NCBI GenBank assembly: GCA_963514005.1
Contig: OY740795.1
Location: forward strand, 58,404,001-58,468,000
Source of the DNA: Raja brachyura
Taxonomy: Eukaryota
DNA: 64,000 nt
Reading direction: 5' to 3'
Shown here: in pieces, positions 1 through 11,950 of the stretch
Position numbering within the stretch: the first letter of the stretch is position 1
How the letters are laid out: the number at the start of each line of letters is the position of its first letter
The notes under the pieces: model-generated
The model's database searches: none
What the model was told of the DNA's origin: nothing
The model's input: the letters and a program-made list of their open reading frames with translations, nothing else
Translations under genes and position numbers: made by a program

Positions 1-2
1 GT

Positions 3-1178
3 CCCACTCGCATGCGGAGGTGCGGTAACCTCCATAAGGGAAGGGTCATCCGCCTCCACATTACCCCCATCCACTTTGCCACCCACACGTTTAGGCTTCT
101 TTACCCCCTTCCGAGCCACCACAACTCCCCCCTGAGCCCCAGCAGGTGCAGTCTGCACCACACTGGAGCTAAACTCACCCGATTGCACTTTCTTCGCTCG
201 GGCGGCCCTATCCCTCTCCTTCTTCTTATTATGCTTCCCCTGCTTCTCCCAAAACCCCCCCTCAACACTCCCCTCCTCCTGCGCCCCACCTCCATCCACC
301 GCCACAGGCGCAAGACGTAGGGGACGTGGGGGGCTTGGGCTCTCACTGCCCAGGGTCCCCAAAGCGGAACCTCTGGACCCAGAAGGCTTAGCACTGCCGC
401 CCCGGGTCACCAAGGCAGAACTGGCAACCTCAGCCGGGTCAGCAGTACCACCCCGCGCCGCTGAGGTTTGACCAGCCACCCCAGATGGGCCAGCAGCGCT
501 TTCCTGGGCCACTGCACTAGAACCTCTAGCAGTGCCCCCGCGAAAAAGACACTCCCTACGGAGATGTCCAAATTCGCCGCACGCATGACACCGTGCCTTG
601 CCCCAACTCCAACGCACGGTTCTGGGTACACCCTTATGCACCACCTCAAAACTCCCCTCGGCACCATCCCCCTCACCCACCTTCATGAACACCCTCCTCT
701 TGAAACTGAAGACCCCTTTTTCCTCCGGGTCCCCCCCGGGATGCAAGAGACGAAAACATTTAGACCGCACCTCCCCGAACTTGGACAGGTGTGGAATAAG
801 CACTGCATCCGAAAAATAAGTGGGGCAGCTCCGCAGGAGAACCGGTCTCACCCTGGATACCCACGGATCCACCTGTACGTGGACCCCCCCCACTGAGATC
901 CCCTCCTCCAACGCTCGGGCCACACACTCCCGGGTCTTAAGTATCATCTCCACCTTTCCCCTTTCGAGCTCAGAAGAGACAATAGCCCCCCTCCCAAGAA
1001 GTTCATTCATGGCCTTCGTAATTACCCCCCTCGACATCATAGGCCCAGTTTGAACAGAAATACCAAAACTGTCCCCATCCAAGTCAACATGAGGCTCAAG
1101 CTCAGATGGCCTCGCACCCGCCACTGATGCCGTCGCTGCGTAGGTCCGGACCTTCGGCCGCGCCCCTTCCATCGCCAT
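3..1178 (-). CDS. ORF1 of a Tx1-clade (L1 group) non-LTR retrotransposon, running off the window start
   Basis: Manual translation from ATG 1178 gives MAMEGARPKVRTYAATAS...RALEEGISVGGVHVQVDP...VFSFKRRVFM...ARCHACGEFGHLRREC (CCHC knuckle at ~551-590). There is no in-frame stop to the window edge, which is why the ORF track omits it. Confidence 0.8.
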   Translation of the reverse strand, partial: MAMEGARPKVRTYAATASVAGARPSELEPHVDLDGDSFGISVQTGPMMSRGVITKAMNELLGRGAIVSSELERGKVEMILKTRECVARALEEGISVGGVHVQVDPWVSRVRPVLLRSCPTYFSDAVLIPHLSKFGEVRSKCFRLLHPGGDPEEKGVFSFKRRVFMKVGEGDGAEGSFEVVHKGVPRTVRWSWGKARCHACGEFGHLRRECLFRGGTARGSSAVAQESAAGPSGVAGQTSAARGGTADPAEVASSALVTRGGSAKPSGSRGSALGTLGSESPSPPRPLRLAPVAVDGGGAQEEGSVEGGFWEKQGKHNKKKERDRAARAKKVQSGEFSSSVVQTAPAGAQGGVVVARKGVKKPKRVGGKVDGGNVEADDPSLMEVTAPPHASG

Positions 1179-1702
1179 CCTCACAGAGGCACAAACCAGC
1201 TCCAAGCCCCTCAGCAGCACAGCTCCAAGTTAAGTCCCAGAGACAGTCACAGTCAAAGACAGGCAGCAGAAAACAGAAACCTCCAGCTGAAGCAGGAAAG
1301 TCCCCAGGTTCGTCCACAGCCAAGAGCAGCTTACGGGAAACTCGATCCCAGTCGCGCTGGACGCAAAAGTACCTTCTTCACATTAAGCCAGGCAGCCGCA
1401 CTGAGCAAAATGACTTTAGGGCAGAGAAGCGGAGCCAAAAACGACAAAGACACCGCACAACTTCAGCCCACTGAGATCACAGGCACTCTTGGCAATCCGC
1501 CAACGCCAACCGCACCCTCGACAATGTGGAGAAACTCAGGAATCTTCACACAGATGGAGGCTCCCCAGACCAGAGAAAAGCTTCAACAGCCCAACAATAA
1601 GTTGAACTATGAAGCCCCCCTGGGTCTGTGCCCTCTCCAACGGCAAAATCCTGGAAAGGCTGCTCCAATCCTTCTCAACTGCAGAGCTGAGAAGAAAACA
1701 CG

Positions 1703-1704
<2 letters not shown>

Positions 1705-1747
<43 letters not shown>

Positions 1748-1772
1748 GCTCTCCCTCTCTCTCCCCCCCTCT
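1705..1772. repeat. (CT)n microsatellite
   Basis: Direct observation. Confidence 0.95.
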
Positions 1773-1970
1773 CTCCAAACCCCCCGCCCAACTTCACCCC
1801 CCCCTCCTGCTCTCTCTTTTTGGGGAAACATAATTAGAGGTAAACAAACAAATAAAGCGAGTGAGATTGAGAGCAAGAGTACACGACTTCTGATGGTGAA
1901 TGAAAGTCTCCGGCACCTGGTATTCCAGGCAGTCTCCCATCCGAGTACTAATTAAGCCTGAGTCTGCTTA

Positions 1971-2260
1971 TGCCCCTGTCCCACTTAGGAAGCCTGAAGC
2001 GAAACCTCTGGAGACTTTGCGCCCCACCCAAGGTTTCCGTGTGGTCCCCGGAGGTTCCCGGAGGTTTTCTTCAGTCTCCCTAATGGTCGAAAGTGGTTTC
2101 CGCTTCTTCTATGCTCCTTACAATTATTTCAAAAAATTAAAAAGCGGCTGCGACTAAAAATAGTTTGCCGTTTAAAAAATCGGTAATTTTTCTGTAGAAG
2201 CCGGATGCGATGCTAGTTGAAGGTGGTTGCCGGAGGTTGCAGCTAGTGGAAGTTAAGACC
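1971..2260 (+). mobile_element. Probable non-autonomous DNA transposon fragment (Harbinger-like terminus)
   Basis: Starts GCCCCTGTCCCACTTAGG and has internal short repeats (ggttcccgga). No second terminus seen. Confidence 0.35.
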
Positions 2261-2507
2261 TCCCTGGTGCAATGAAACTGGGTGAAAAAAAGGTTTGTGT
2301 TTGTGAAATTCTGTCTCCGCAGAAGCTGCCTGATGTGCCGAGTGTCTGCACATTATCTGATTTATTTATGACATGCAGCATCTACAGCAGGTTGCTTTTT
2401 GATCGCAGCTTTAGGTAAACAACCCTCGATTACTCGTATTTCCGTGTATGTGTGTGTTACACTGGTCCAGCCCGATGTGAAGGATGTGATTTAAGGATAA
2501 TGGGGAA

Positions 2508-2710
2508 TGTAGATGGTTTTGCATGCAACCAATAACATAGTTACCTCAGTACCATTAACCCCGCCTAGTTAACATCAATCATAACGCCCTCCCCTTCCTG
2601 GATACGGTTCACTAGAAGAATGTAGCCAGTATTTGAGGATGTATGTAATACCTTGTGCTATCATTAAAATGTGTTGAACACTTTTAGAGTTTGTAAATTG
2701 CTTATTTACA
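2508..2710 (+). repeat. 5' LTR of the Gypsy element
   Basis: 202/203 identical to 7001-7203. Confidence 0.97.
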
Positions 2711-2804
2711 TGGTGTCGGAGCTGGAAGATACTTGCGCCTACCTGTCCATCGGGTTTTATTTCTTTTATTTGATTTGTGCCTTTTGTGCTTTATCTCTCT
2801 GACC

Positions 2805-5800
2805 ATGGCATCCTCGTGCAGAAAGCCCGCGCAGCTTGTCTTTGATGCTGATATTTCTGAGCGCTGGGCTACGTTTGAAATTGATTTCACCCACTTTGTC
2901 AACGTCGCTCACCGCAATGATCCTGACTCCCTCAAAGCCTCCCTCCTACTCAACCTTGTCGGACCTGATGCCATGAAGAGAGCCAGAACTTTCGTCTATG
3001 CTCCAGCGGTCCTGGACGACAACAACGTGGTGGTTACCCCTGCAGAATCTGCCAGTGACCCTGCTTGCCTGCTACGTAAGTTCAGGGAGATTTGTGACCT
3101 GCCCTCGAACCGCATTCTAGAGAGGGCACGGTTCTTTACAAGGAGACAGCTGCCGGAGGAACCTGTTGAATGTTTTATTGCCGATTTGCGTTATCTCGCC
3201 CAGCGGTGTCGTTTCGGTGACATGACAGACCAGCTCACTAGAGACATTTTAGTAACTGGCATGCGTGACCAGAAGCTGCGATGTGAGCTTCTTAGGGATC
3301 CAGATCTAACGTTAGCAAAAGCCATGCATGCCTGCAGATTGTCTGAGGTCGTTGTATTGCCAGATGATCACCGGGACTTGGGAGATAAGTCTGTTCACCA
3401 GGCTGGATTTAGTAGAGCCCTGCCTCAGAGGGGAAACAATGCTTTTCTGCCGCGTGCCAACCCTGGTCCTGCTGATGTGCCCCCAAAAAGGTGCCCTAAC
3501 TGTAACTACATGCACCACAGACGGTCGACGTGCCCTGCCTATGGCAAGGCTTGTAATTTTTGTAACAAACTGAATCATTTCGCTTCTGCCTGCCGCTCAT
3601 TCCGTTCTCGTGGGAGACAGGTACAGATTTCCAGACCCAGTCTAAACATGCTTAAACAATCTGATAGCTGTTCCAACCCACAGCCCGATGTTGCTGAATT
3701 CTATGATGCAGATCCAATTAATTCTCCCGAGGATTCGAATGTGTTTACCCTCCTCCAGGCACCTGGCCAACGTCTTGATCCCTCCGTGTCTGTGACTGTC
3801 AACAATGTAACCTTCCTTGCGAAGTTAGATACTGGGGCAAAGGTCAATGTTTTGTCAATAAATCTTTTCAACAAGATAAGGACTAATGAGGCCTTGGTCG
3901 CTGACAATGCTACACTGCATGCCTATGGTGGAGAAATTCTCAGGCCTGTGGGGAGGGCCACTTTAACTTGCAGGCTACAGAAGGCCACGAGAAACTTGAT
4001 TTTTTATGTTTTGAACTCTGACTGTGTTACCCTGCTGGGAAACCGTGCGTGCCAAGATCTTGGCCTGGTGTCCTTCGACCACATGGTCCACAAAGTGCAA
4101 CTGTCATTTAACCCGATTGCAGAATACCAGGACCTGTTCAACGATGACCTGGGAAAGTTACCACTGACATACCATATTTCCATTGACCCAAATGTACAAC
4201 CCGTGGTCCGCGCACCTCACAGGGTGTCCCACGCCATGAAAGACAGGGTCGAGGCGATGCTTAACAACATGGTCGACAAGGGGGTGCTAGAAGCGGTCAG
4301 CGAGCCCACCGATTGGGTCTCCACCATGGTTGCCACGATAAAGAAAGACAAGAATGAAATACGTGTGTGTATCAACCCCAAGGACTTAAACCTTGCCATC
4401 AGGCGACCACACTACCCCATGCGGTCCGTTGAGGACGTGGCAGCTCAGGTCGGGCAAGCCACCGTCTTTTCGGTCCTAGACGCTAAGAACTCGTTCTGGC
4501 AGATCCCGTTACAAAGCATCTTCCGACCTGACAACCTTCGCCACACCATTCGGCAGATTCAAATTCCTGCGAATGCCATTCGGCATCAATTCCGCTAGTG
4601 AGGTGTTCCAGCGAACGATGGAGCAGATATTCTCGGGCCTGCCATGTGCCATCATCATCATCTTAGTCTATGGGAAGGACATTGCCGAACATGACCAGAA
4701 CCTCCGCCGCGTCCTGGATCGGGCGCGAAAGGCCAACCTGAAGCTGAACCCAAAGAAGTGCCGGTTTCGTGTCTCAGAAGTCACGTATGTTGGACACGTT
4801 TTCACCTCTAACGGACTAAAACCCGACCCTTTGAAGGCAGCGGCCATCTCTGAGATGGCAGCCCCCACCGACGTGCCAGGTCTACAACGTTTCTTGGGCA
4901 TGGTGAACTACCTTGGGAAGTTTGTACCACATCTCAGTGAGCTGAGTGCTCCCCTGCGGCAGCTGACAAAAAAGGATATCGCCTGGGTCTGGCTCCCACA
5001 GCACCAGCAGGCGTTTGACTGTCTCAAGTCGAAACTGATTAACACTCCGACGTTGCGATTTTTTGATGCGAGTCGCCCCATCACCGTCACAAATGACGCT
5101 TCTAAGTTCGGCCTGGGCGCGGCATGCCTCCAATCTGTCGATGGATCGTTACATCCTGTCTCCTATGCCTCCCGCACCATGACGGACACCGAGCAGCGGT
5201 ACGCTCAGATCGAGAAGGAGCTACTTGCGGTGGTGTTTGCCTGCTCCAAGTTCAGAGACTTCCTGTTTGGCAGCAGATTTACAGTCGAAACCGACCACCA
5301 GCCACTGGTGACAATCCTGAACAAGCCGATTCATGCTGCCCCTGCCAGGCTGCAGCGTATGATGCTGCAGCTCCAGCGCTTTGATTTCGACATCGTCTAC
5401 AAGAAAGGCACCGAGATGCACATCGCGGACACGTTATCACGCGCCCCGCGGGCCTCCTGTGCTCGCCACCCCTACGAAACAGAGGACTTGCTCGTACTGG
5501 GCGTCAATTTTATTCCCACCAAGCAGCTGCAGCTTTTGGCCGAGCACACCGCTGCCGATCCAGTTTTGCAACGGCTTGCGTCTGTGATTAAATCAGGGTG
5601 GCCAACAAAGCGCTCCGCTGCACCGCCTGAAACACAGCCCTTCTTCCTGGTCCGTGACGAACTGGTGCTCCAGAATGGCGTTATCGTTAAGGGACATAAA
5701 GTGGTGGTCCCGTCCTCCCTGTTCGATTCTTACTACTGCGCAGCCCACAGCGGACACCCCGGGGTCGATGCAACACTCGCCCACGCTCATTGCCAATTCT

Positions 5801-6948
5801 ACTGGCCTGGAATGGCCAAATATATTCGAGACCGTGTTTCTGCCTGCTCCACGTGCAACAGTCTTGCTCCACATCAGCAGCGACAGCCCCTGCTGCAACA
5901 GCCCGCTCCTGCCTTGGCCTGGTCCTCGCTGGCTGCCGACATCTTCGAGTGGCGTGGTAACCACTACCTTGTCCTGGTCGACTCGTACTCAAACTGGTTC
6001 GAGGTGGATTTGCTGACATCCCTCACGTCGGAGATGGTGATCCGGAAGCTGCGGAAACACTTCTCCACGTTTGGGTCCCCTGTCAGGCTGCAGACTGACA
6101 ATGGCAGGCAGTTTACCAGCCGTGAGTTCAAAAGTTTTGCTGACAAATGGAATTTTGTGCATTTCACCAGCAGCCCGGAGTACCCACAGAGCAACAGCCT
6201 TGCTGAACGGGCCGTCCGCAGCGCCAAGCTTCTGATGGAACAAGCGAGACTGTCTAACTCTGATTTGTATTTGGATCTCCTGAACCTCAGGAATGTTTCC
6301 AGAGATCCGGCCATGGGGTCCCCTGCTCAGCGTCTGATGTCCAGAACAACCAGATCTACCATCCCGATTGCCCAGCGCCAGCTGAAACCTCGGGTGCTGG
6401 AGCCTGCCTCTGTGCAGAGGCGCATTCAAGAGAAACATGACAGCCAGCGGCGTTCCCACGATCGGTCGTGCAGACCACTCGATCCTCTGTTGCCTGGACA
6501 GGTTGTTCGATTGCAAACCGCCAGTGGTCACTCCCGTCTGGCTACTGTGGTTGGGGTGGCCGACTCACCTCGTTCGTATCTGGTCGACTATGAGGGAACC
6601 ATCTACCGTAGAAGCCGACAACACCTGCTTGCGGTTAATGAGCCGAAGCCGCAGGCCCCGGGCCCCTATGCCCCGCCGCTCTCATACCAGCAGCCGGCTC
6701 CTGTCCCAGCCAGCGTTCCCTGCATGCCTCGGTCCCCATATCGAGCGCCCGGTTCCCCTCTGCGCGGGTCGCCTGTTGGCGGTCGTGGTTCTCCCTCTCC
6801 TGTTCCTCCAACCCCACCGCCCTTCCCTGGTTCCCCTGCTGTCTCGGGTCCCCCTGTTTTTTCTGCTCCTCTGGGGGAAGGGGGAGGCATCCGTACGCGC
6901 TCGGGCCGGATCAGCAAGCCACCTGTTCGTTATGGCGATTCTGTTTAA
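2805..6948 (+). pseudogene. Gypsy gag-pol polyprotein, frameshifted in RT (ORFs 2733..4598 and 4573..6948)
   Basis: CCHC knuckle CNFCNKLNHFASAC; protease LDTGA; RT VLDAKNSFWQIPL, frameshift near 4512, then KASSDLTTFATPFGRFKFLRMPFG; RNase H DASKFGLGA...YAQIEKELLA...TDH; integrase HSGH...CSTC with D-D-E. The RT xxDD aspartates are missing (CAIIIILVYG). Confidence 0.92.
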
Positions 6949-7000
6949 TTCTGTTGTAGTGACAACGGTCTGTTTCTTTTAAATTTTCTAAGGGGAAGGA

Positions 7001-7203
7001 TGTAGATGGTTTTGCATGCAACCAATAACATAGTTACCTCAGTACCATTAACCCCGCCTAGTTAACATCAATCATAACGCCCTCCCCTTCCTGGATACGG
7101 TTCACTAGAAGAATGTAGCCAGTTTTTGAGGATGTATGTAATACCTTGTGCTATCATTAAAATGTGTTGAACACTTTTAGAGTTTGTAAATTGCTTATTT
7201 ACA
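7001..7203 (+). repeat. 3' LTR of the Gypsy element
   Basis: 202/203 identical to 2508-2710; preceded by the PPT. Confidence 0.97.
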
Positions 7204-8054
7204 GGGAAGTCTTTTAGGACCGAGATGAGAAGATCTTTGTTCACACAGAGAGTAGTGAGTCTGTGGAATTCTCTGCCACAAAAGGTAGTTGAAGCCAGTC
7301 CATTGGCTATATTTAAGAGGGAGTTAGATGTGGCCCTTGTGGCTAAAGGGATCAGGGGGTATGGAGAGAAGGCAGGTACAGGATACTGAGTTGGATGATC
7401 AGCAATGATCATATTGAATGGCGGTGGAGGCTCGAAGGGCCGAATGGCCTACTTCTGCACCTATTTTCTATGATTCTATGATTCTGTGATGTGAAGGAAG
7501 TCAAGATTTCACCTGGGTTATTCACTCATGCGTTATATTTGCAACGGAAAATGACGTGTCTACATCGCTAATGCGTCCAGACTTTGTACTGTTTACACAG
7601 GACATCATAACGCTAGGCCCAGTGCCTGTTCACACCACACCTCCCATTACACCAACTGGAAAGCTGCTTGCAATCCAACCGCACCTCTGCATTGGATGAC
7701 GTATTTGCTGCTATTGAATGGACTCCGGAACATCTCCCCTGATCAGAGTACAGATCACGCTAACCTTATTACACCAAATCCAGTTGCTCTTTATTTCCCA
7801 GTGTATTCAATAGATCAGGTCTGCAGCCTGTTCAGTTTACATTCGACCTCATTGTAACGGTCTGGTCACTAATTACATTACTCCAGCGCGGATAAACACT
7901 GAATCATTGTTCATCTAAAACTATATTCCACAGCTATAACACAAGTGACTACACAGTACCGAGGACCATGCATTATCAGGTCCGACCATTCCTTGATATT
8001 GCACTCAACGCCATGAAGTCATTGCTCAGCATACAGTGCGATATATACAGTGCG

Positions 8055-9245
8055 ACCAAGGCTTTAGACAAGGTCACACACAAGCGATTTGTATACAAAC
8101 CTAAAGCACACAGTATTGGGGGTTCAGTATTGATGTGGATAGAGAACTGGCTGGCAGGCAGGAAGCAAAGAGTAGGAGTAAATGGGTCATTTTCAGAATG
8201 GCAGGCAGTGACTAGTGGAGTACCGCAAGGCTCGGTGCTGGGATCCCAGCTATTTACAATATATATCAATGATTTGGACGAGGGAATTGAATGCAACATC
8301 TCGAAGTTTGCGGATGACACGAAGCTGGGGGGCAGTGTTAGCTGTGAGGAGGATGCTAGGAGGCTGCAAGGTGACTTGGATAGACTGGGTGAGTGGGCAA
8401 ATGCATGGCAGATGCAGTATAATGTGGATAAATGTGAGGTTATCCACTTTGGTGGCAAAAACAGGAAAGTTGACTATTATCTGAATGGTGGTCAATTAGG
8501 AAAAGGGGAGATGCAACATGACCTGGGTGTCATGGTACACCAGTCATTGAAAGTAGGCATGCAGGTGCAGCAGGCAGTGAAGAAAGCGAATAGTATGTTA
8601 GCATTCATAGCAAAAAGATTTGAGTATAGGATTAGGGAGGTTCTACTGCAGTTGTACAGGGTCTTGGTGAGACCACATCTGGAGTATTGCGTACAGTTTT
8701 GGTCTCCAAATCTGAGGAAATACATTCTTGCGATAGATGGAGTACAGAGAAGGTTCTCCAGACTGATTCCTGGGATGTCAGGACTTTCATATGAAGAAGG
8801 ACTGGATAGACTCGGCTTGTACTTGCTAGAATTTAGAAGATTGAGGGGGGATCTTATAGAACCTTACAAAATCCTTAAGGGGTTGGACAGGCTAGATGCA
8901 GGAAGATTGTTCCCGATGTTGGGGAAGTCCAGGACAAGGGGTCACAGTTTAAGGATAAGGGGGAAATCTTTTAAGACCGAGATGAGAAAAACATTTTTCA
9001 CACAGAGAGTGGTGAATCTCTTGAATTCTCTGCCACGGAAGGTAGTTGAGGCCAGTTTGTTGGCTACATTTAAGAGGGAGTTAGATGTGGCCCTTGTGGC
9101 TAAAGGGATGAGGGGGTATGGAGAGAAGGCAGGTACAGGATACTGAGTTGGATGATCAGCCATGATCATATTGAATGGCGGTGTAGGCTCGAAGGGCCGA
9201 ATGGCCTACTCCTGTACCTGTTTTCTATCTTTCTATGTTTCTATA
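8055..9245 (+). mobile_element. 5'-truncated CR1 LINE with an open C-terminal RT frame (ORF 7968..9146)
   Basis: [10 protein letters not shown]...FADDTKL...[13 protein letters not shown] motifs; CR1 3' UTR with TTCTATG tail. Confidence 0.92.
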
Positions 9246-10109
9246 CCACAAATCCACTTCAGTGCTCATTTCACATCAGACTAGTTACAATCACTTTATA
9301 TTTCACTTGTACCACCAGGCTAAGTCACAGCTCATATTACACTTGATGCTTTCATAAGAATCCCTGTCACTGTTCGTGTTACAGTTGACCATATAATTCC
9401 AAGACCAGGCACTGTCAATCTTCATGTTACACTGATTCCCATCAGAGCCGGAGAATTCACTGATAATTTACAACAGATCTACCTACTGTTTAAATTGCAC
9501 TAGGCCCTATTACAACGAGCTCTGTCATCATTTTTACTACAGAGGTCCCCAGAACACCATGCCGTTTTGCTGTGCATTGGAATTAAAATACAAAATATTT
9601 ATGTTATAACTCCAGGATATAAGAAAACCAAGCCCGGGGCTAAAGTATGATCTAATGATCTAACTGAATATATCAACATATGCCAAGGTCAATAAATTAC
9701 TCAATTGAAAAATAACAGCTACCTGCATGTTAACTAGCTCTGAACATAAACTAGTCATATAGATGCAAGTATATCATTAATGTTATCAAGCGGGCACCTC
9801 CCTTCACTGGTGTTTCATTGCGATAGGCCCGAGAAACCGAGGAAAAGCTCAACATCTGGTTCTGGCATCCCGGAACAACCCCCCTCAATACCTGCTCTCA
9901 CCACCTATGCTACCGGTATCTACTAAATAAATGATGCAACAGCCAATAAGCTCACTCTAACAAATGCTCAGCACCTGCATCCTTTCTTCCACTAATCCTA
10001 GCCATCATTAAACTTGTAACACCACAAATATCACTCTTGTATAATACCGGGATACACTTACTAAGACATCAATTACAAAGAAATACACATATTGCATGTC
10101 ATGCGTTTT

Positions 10110-11950
10110 CTTTCTGTCCACAACTGACACAATTTCTTCTCCATCAAATTCCCCTACTGGCTTGCTCTGCGGCCTCTGATGTCTGATTTACTGCCTGACG
10201 CAAACTTTGTCCACAAATTCCCAGCTCTCCAAATAGCGACGTGAGCGATCTAATTTTGAAACTTCTGCAACCTACCTCTACCGGACGCAGTCTTGCTCTC
10301 CATCCTCGCTGCTCAAACTCAGCTGCCAAGTCTACATATCTAAGCCTTTTCCTTGCATAAGCCTCATCCACTACATTTTCCCAAGGCACTGTCATGTCTA
10401 TGACAGACACTATCTGTTGACGAACTGACCATAACACTATATCAGGCCTCAAACCAGTAATCATTTTTCCAGCGGAACAACAAGCTTTCCTCCCAAATCT
10501 GCCTGCATCCCCCAATCATTGGCTCCTCATAACTGGCCTGTGTCATACCTGTCTGAAAACTTCCCTCCTCTACCTTTCTCTCTCTCACGAACAAAATGAA
10601 TCGCTGCCATCTCAGTCCTGATGCCTACAGCATTCACTTGTGCTCTTCTCCTCTCAATTGCCGCAGCTATGCACTTCAAGACCTGGTTATGCCGCCAAAT
10701 ATATCGATCCTGAGAAAGACTAGTTCCACATTCTGACAAAAGATGCCTCAACGTTGTCACCTCTGAACACAAGGGACATGCCGAGTCCCCACCTACCGAT
10801 TGTTTGAGGTTCTGCGGTGATGGCAGCACCCCATAGATATGTACCTGCTCCACAACCAATTTCCTCCTCTCTGTTGGACCTGCCTTTCTCCACATTGGTC
10901 TCAATGTGTTGAGCCCTAACCCTCCCATCCCTTGCTGCACCCTACCAACAATGTCCGTATGCCTCAGAGTTGCTTGTGCTTCTTCTACTGCCTGCTTTGA
11001 GTTCCACATCTTCCCACTGGTTATACTTGGCACCACATTACTAACAAAGCCATCCTTGCTCCCTGATAATTACAACGATAGCTGCACCTTAGCACACTTA
11101 AACTTCTCTGTTAGGAGAGACAATGGCAAATGGAGAATACCTTTCCCATATAAAGCCACATTACTCAGACACCGTGGAACTCCTAACCATTTCTTAATAT
11201 ATGAACTAATCAATCTCTCTGACCTTTTCCCTTAGGGAATTGGCACCTCATATGCTGTCAATGGCCACATCAACTGAGGAAATAACCCAAACTGCAAATG
11301 CCACAACTTCAACTAGCCTGGAAGCCCTGACATCTCTATCCTTTCCAACCCGTCAGTAACATATTTTGTCAGTTGCTGAACCTGTTCAGTGTCATCCAAT
11401 TTCCTACTATACCTCCTACCCAAACTTCTAACTGGTTTCTCCATTATAAAAACTTTTTCTCTACTACCTTCCCACTTGCCAAATAAATATTCCGTGACAT
11501 ACTGGGTTTAATCTTCATTCTAGCCAATTTAAGATTGTAATTTATCTTCTCCAATAACATTCTTGTACAAGCTACTATTGTGGTCACCATGGTCATATCA
11601 CCCATATAGGCCCAGATTGTAGTGCGGCCTGCCGACTCTCCCCCCAATGACCCACCATGGTGCTCTAATCACTAGCTCCATCGTCACTGTAAAAACTAAT
11701 GGGCATATAGCACACCCTTATATCATGCCCACCTGTGGTCTCTGCCATGCTGTCAGAAGGTTTGCTGTACTAAAACACATTCAGACATCTTGGAAAAATG
11801 CTTTCACTAAATTTACTAGCGACCCTTGAACTCGAAAGAAATCAAAAGCACTCCAAATATGTGGTACAAATCCATACGCATTTTCCATGTCCAAAAACGC
11901 CACATTCAAACATTTTCTCTCGAGCTTGGCAGTCTGAATCTGGTGCCATA
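10110..11950 (-). mobile_element. Degenerate HERO/R2-group LINE with restriction-like endonuclease, 3' part
   Basis: LWHQIQTAK..FLDMENAYGFVPH, AYMGDMT (RT), CPLC..HLLSEC knuckle, RHN, and RPDIVLWS..IDMTVPWE..K..RY.DL..PVEVGCR (RLE). Confidence 0.85.

Larger units (their letters stand above)
2508..7203 (+). mobile_element. Full-length Gypsy/Ty3 LTR retrotransposon
   Basis: 203-bp TG...CA LTRs at 2508-2710 and 7001-7203; 5-bp TSD GGGAA at 2503-2507 and 7204-7208; PBS TGGTGTCGGA at 2711; PPT AAGGGGAAGGA at 6990-7000; domain order gag-PR-RT-RH-IN. Confidence 0.97.
2485..7487 (+). mobile_element. 5'-truncated CR1 LINE 3' end (2485-2507 plus 7204-7487), interrupted by the Gypsy element
   Basis: tttaaggataatggggaa|gtcttttaggaccgagatgag matches the CR1 at ~8948-8985; (ATTCTATG)n-type tail; flanking direct repeat GATGTGAAGGA at 2474-2484 and 7488-7498. 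Confidence 0.85.

Noticed and set aside
4500-4600. Programmed gag-pol ribosomal frameshift
   Set aside because: The shift is in the middle of RT rather than at the gag/pol boundary and has no slippery heptamer; it looks like a small deletion.
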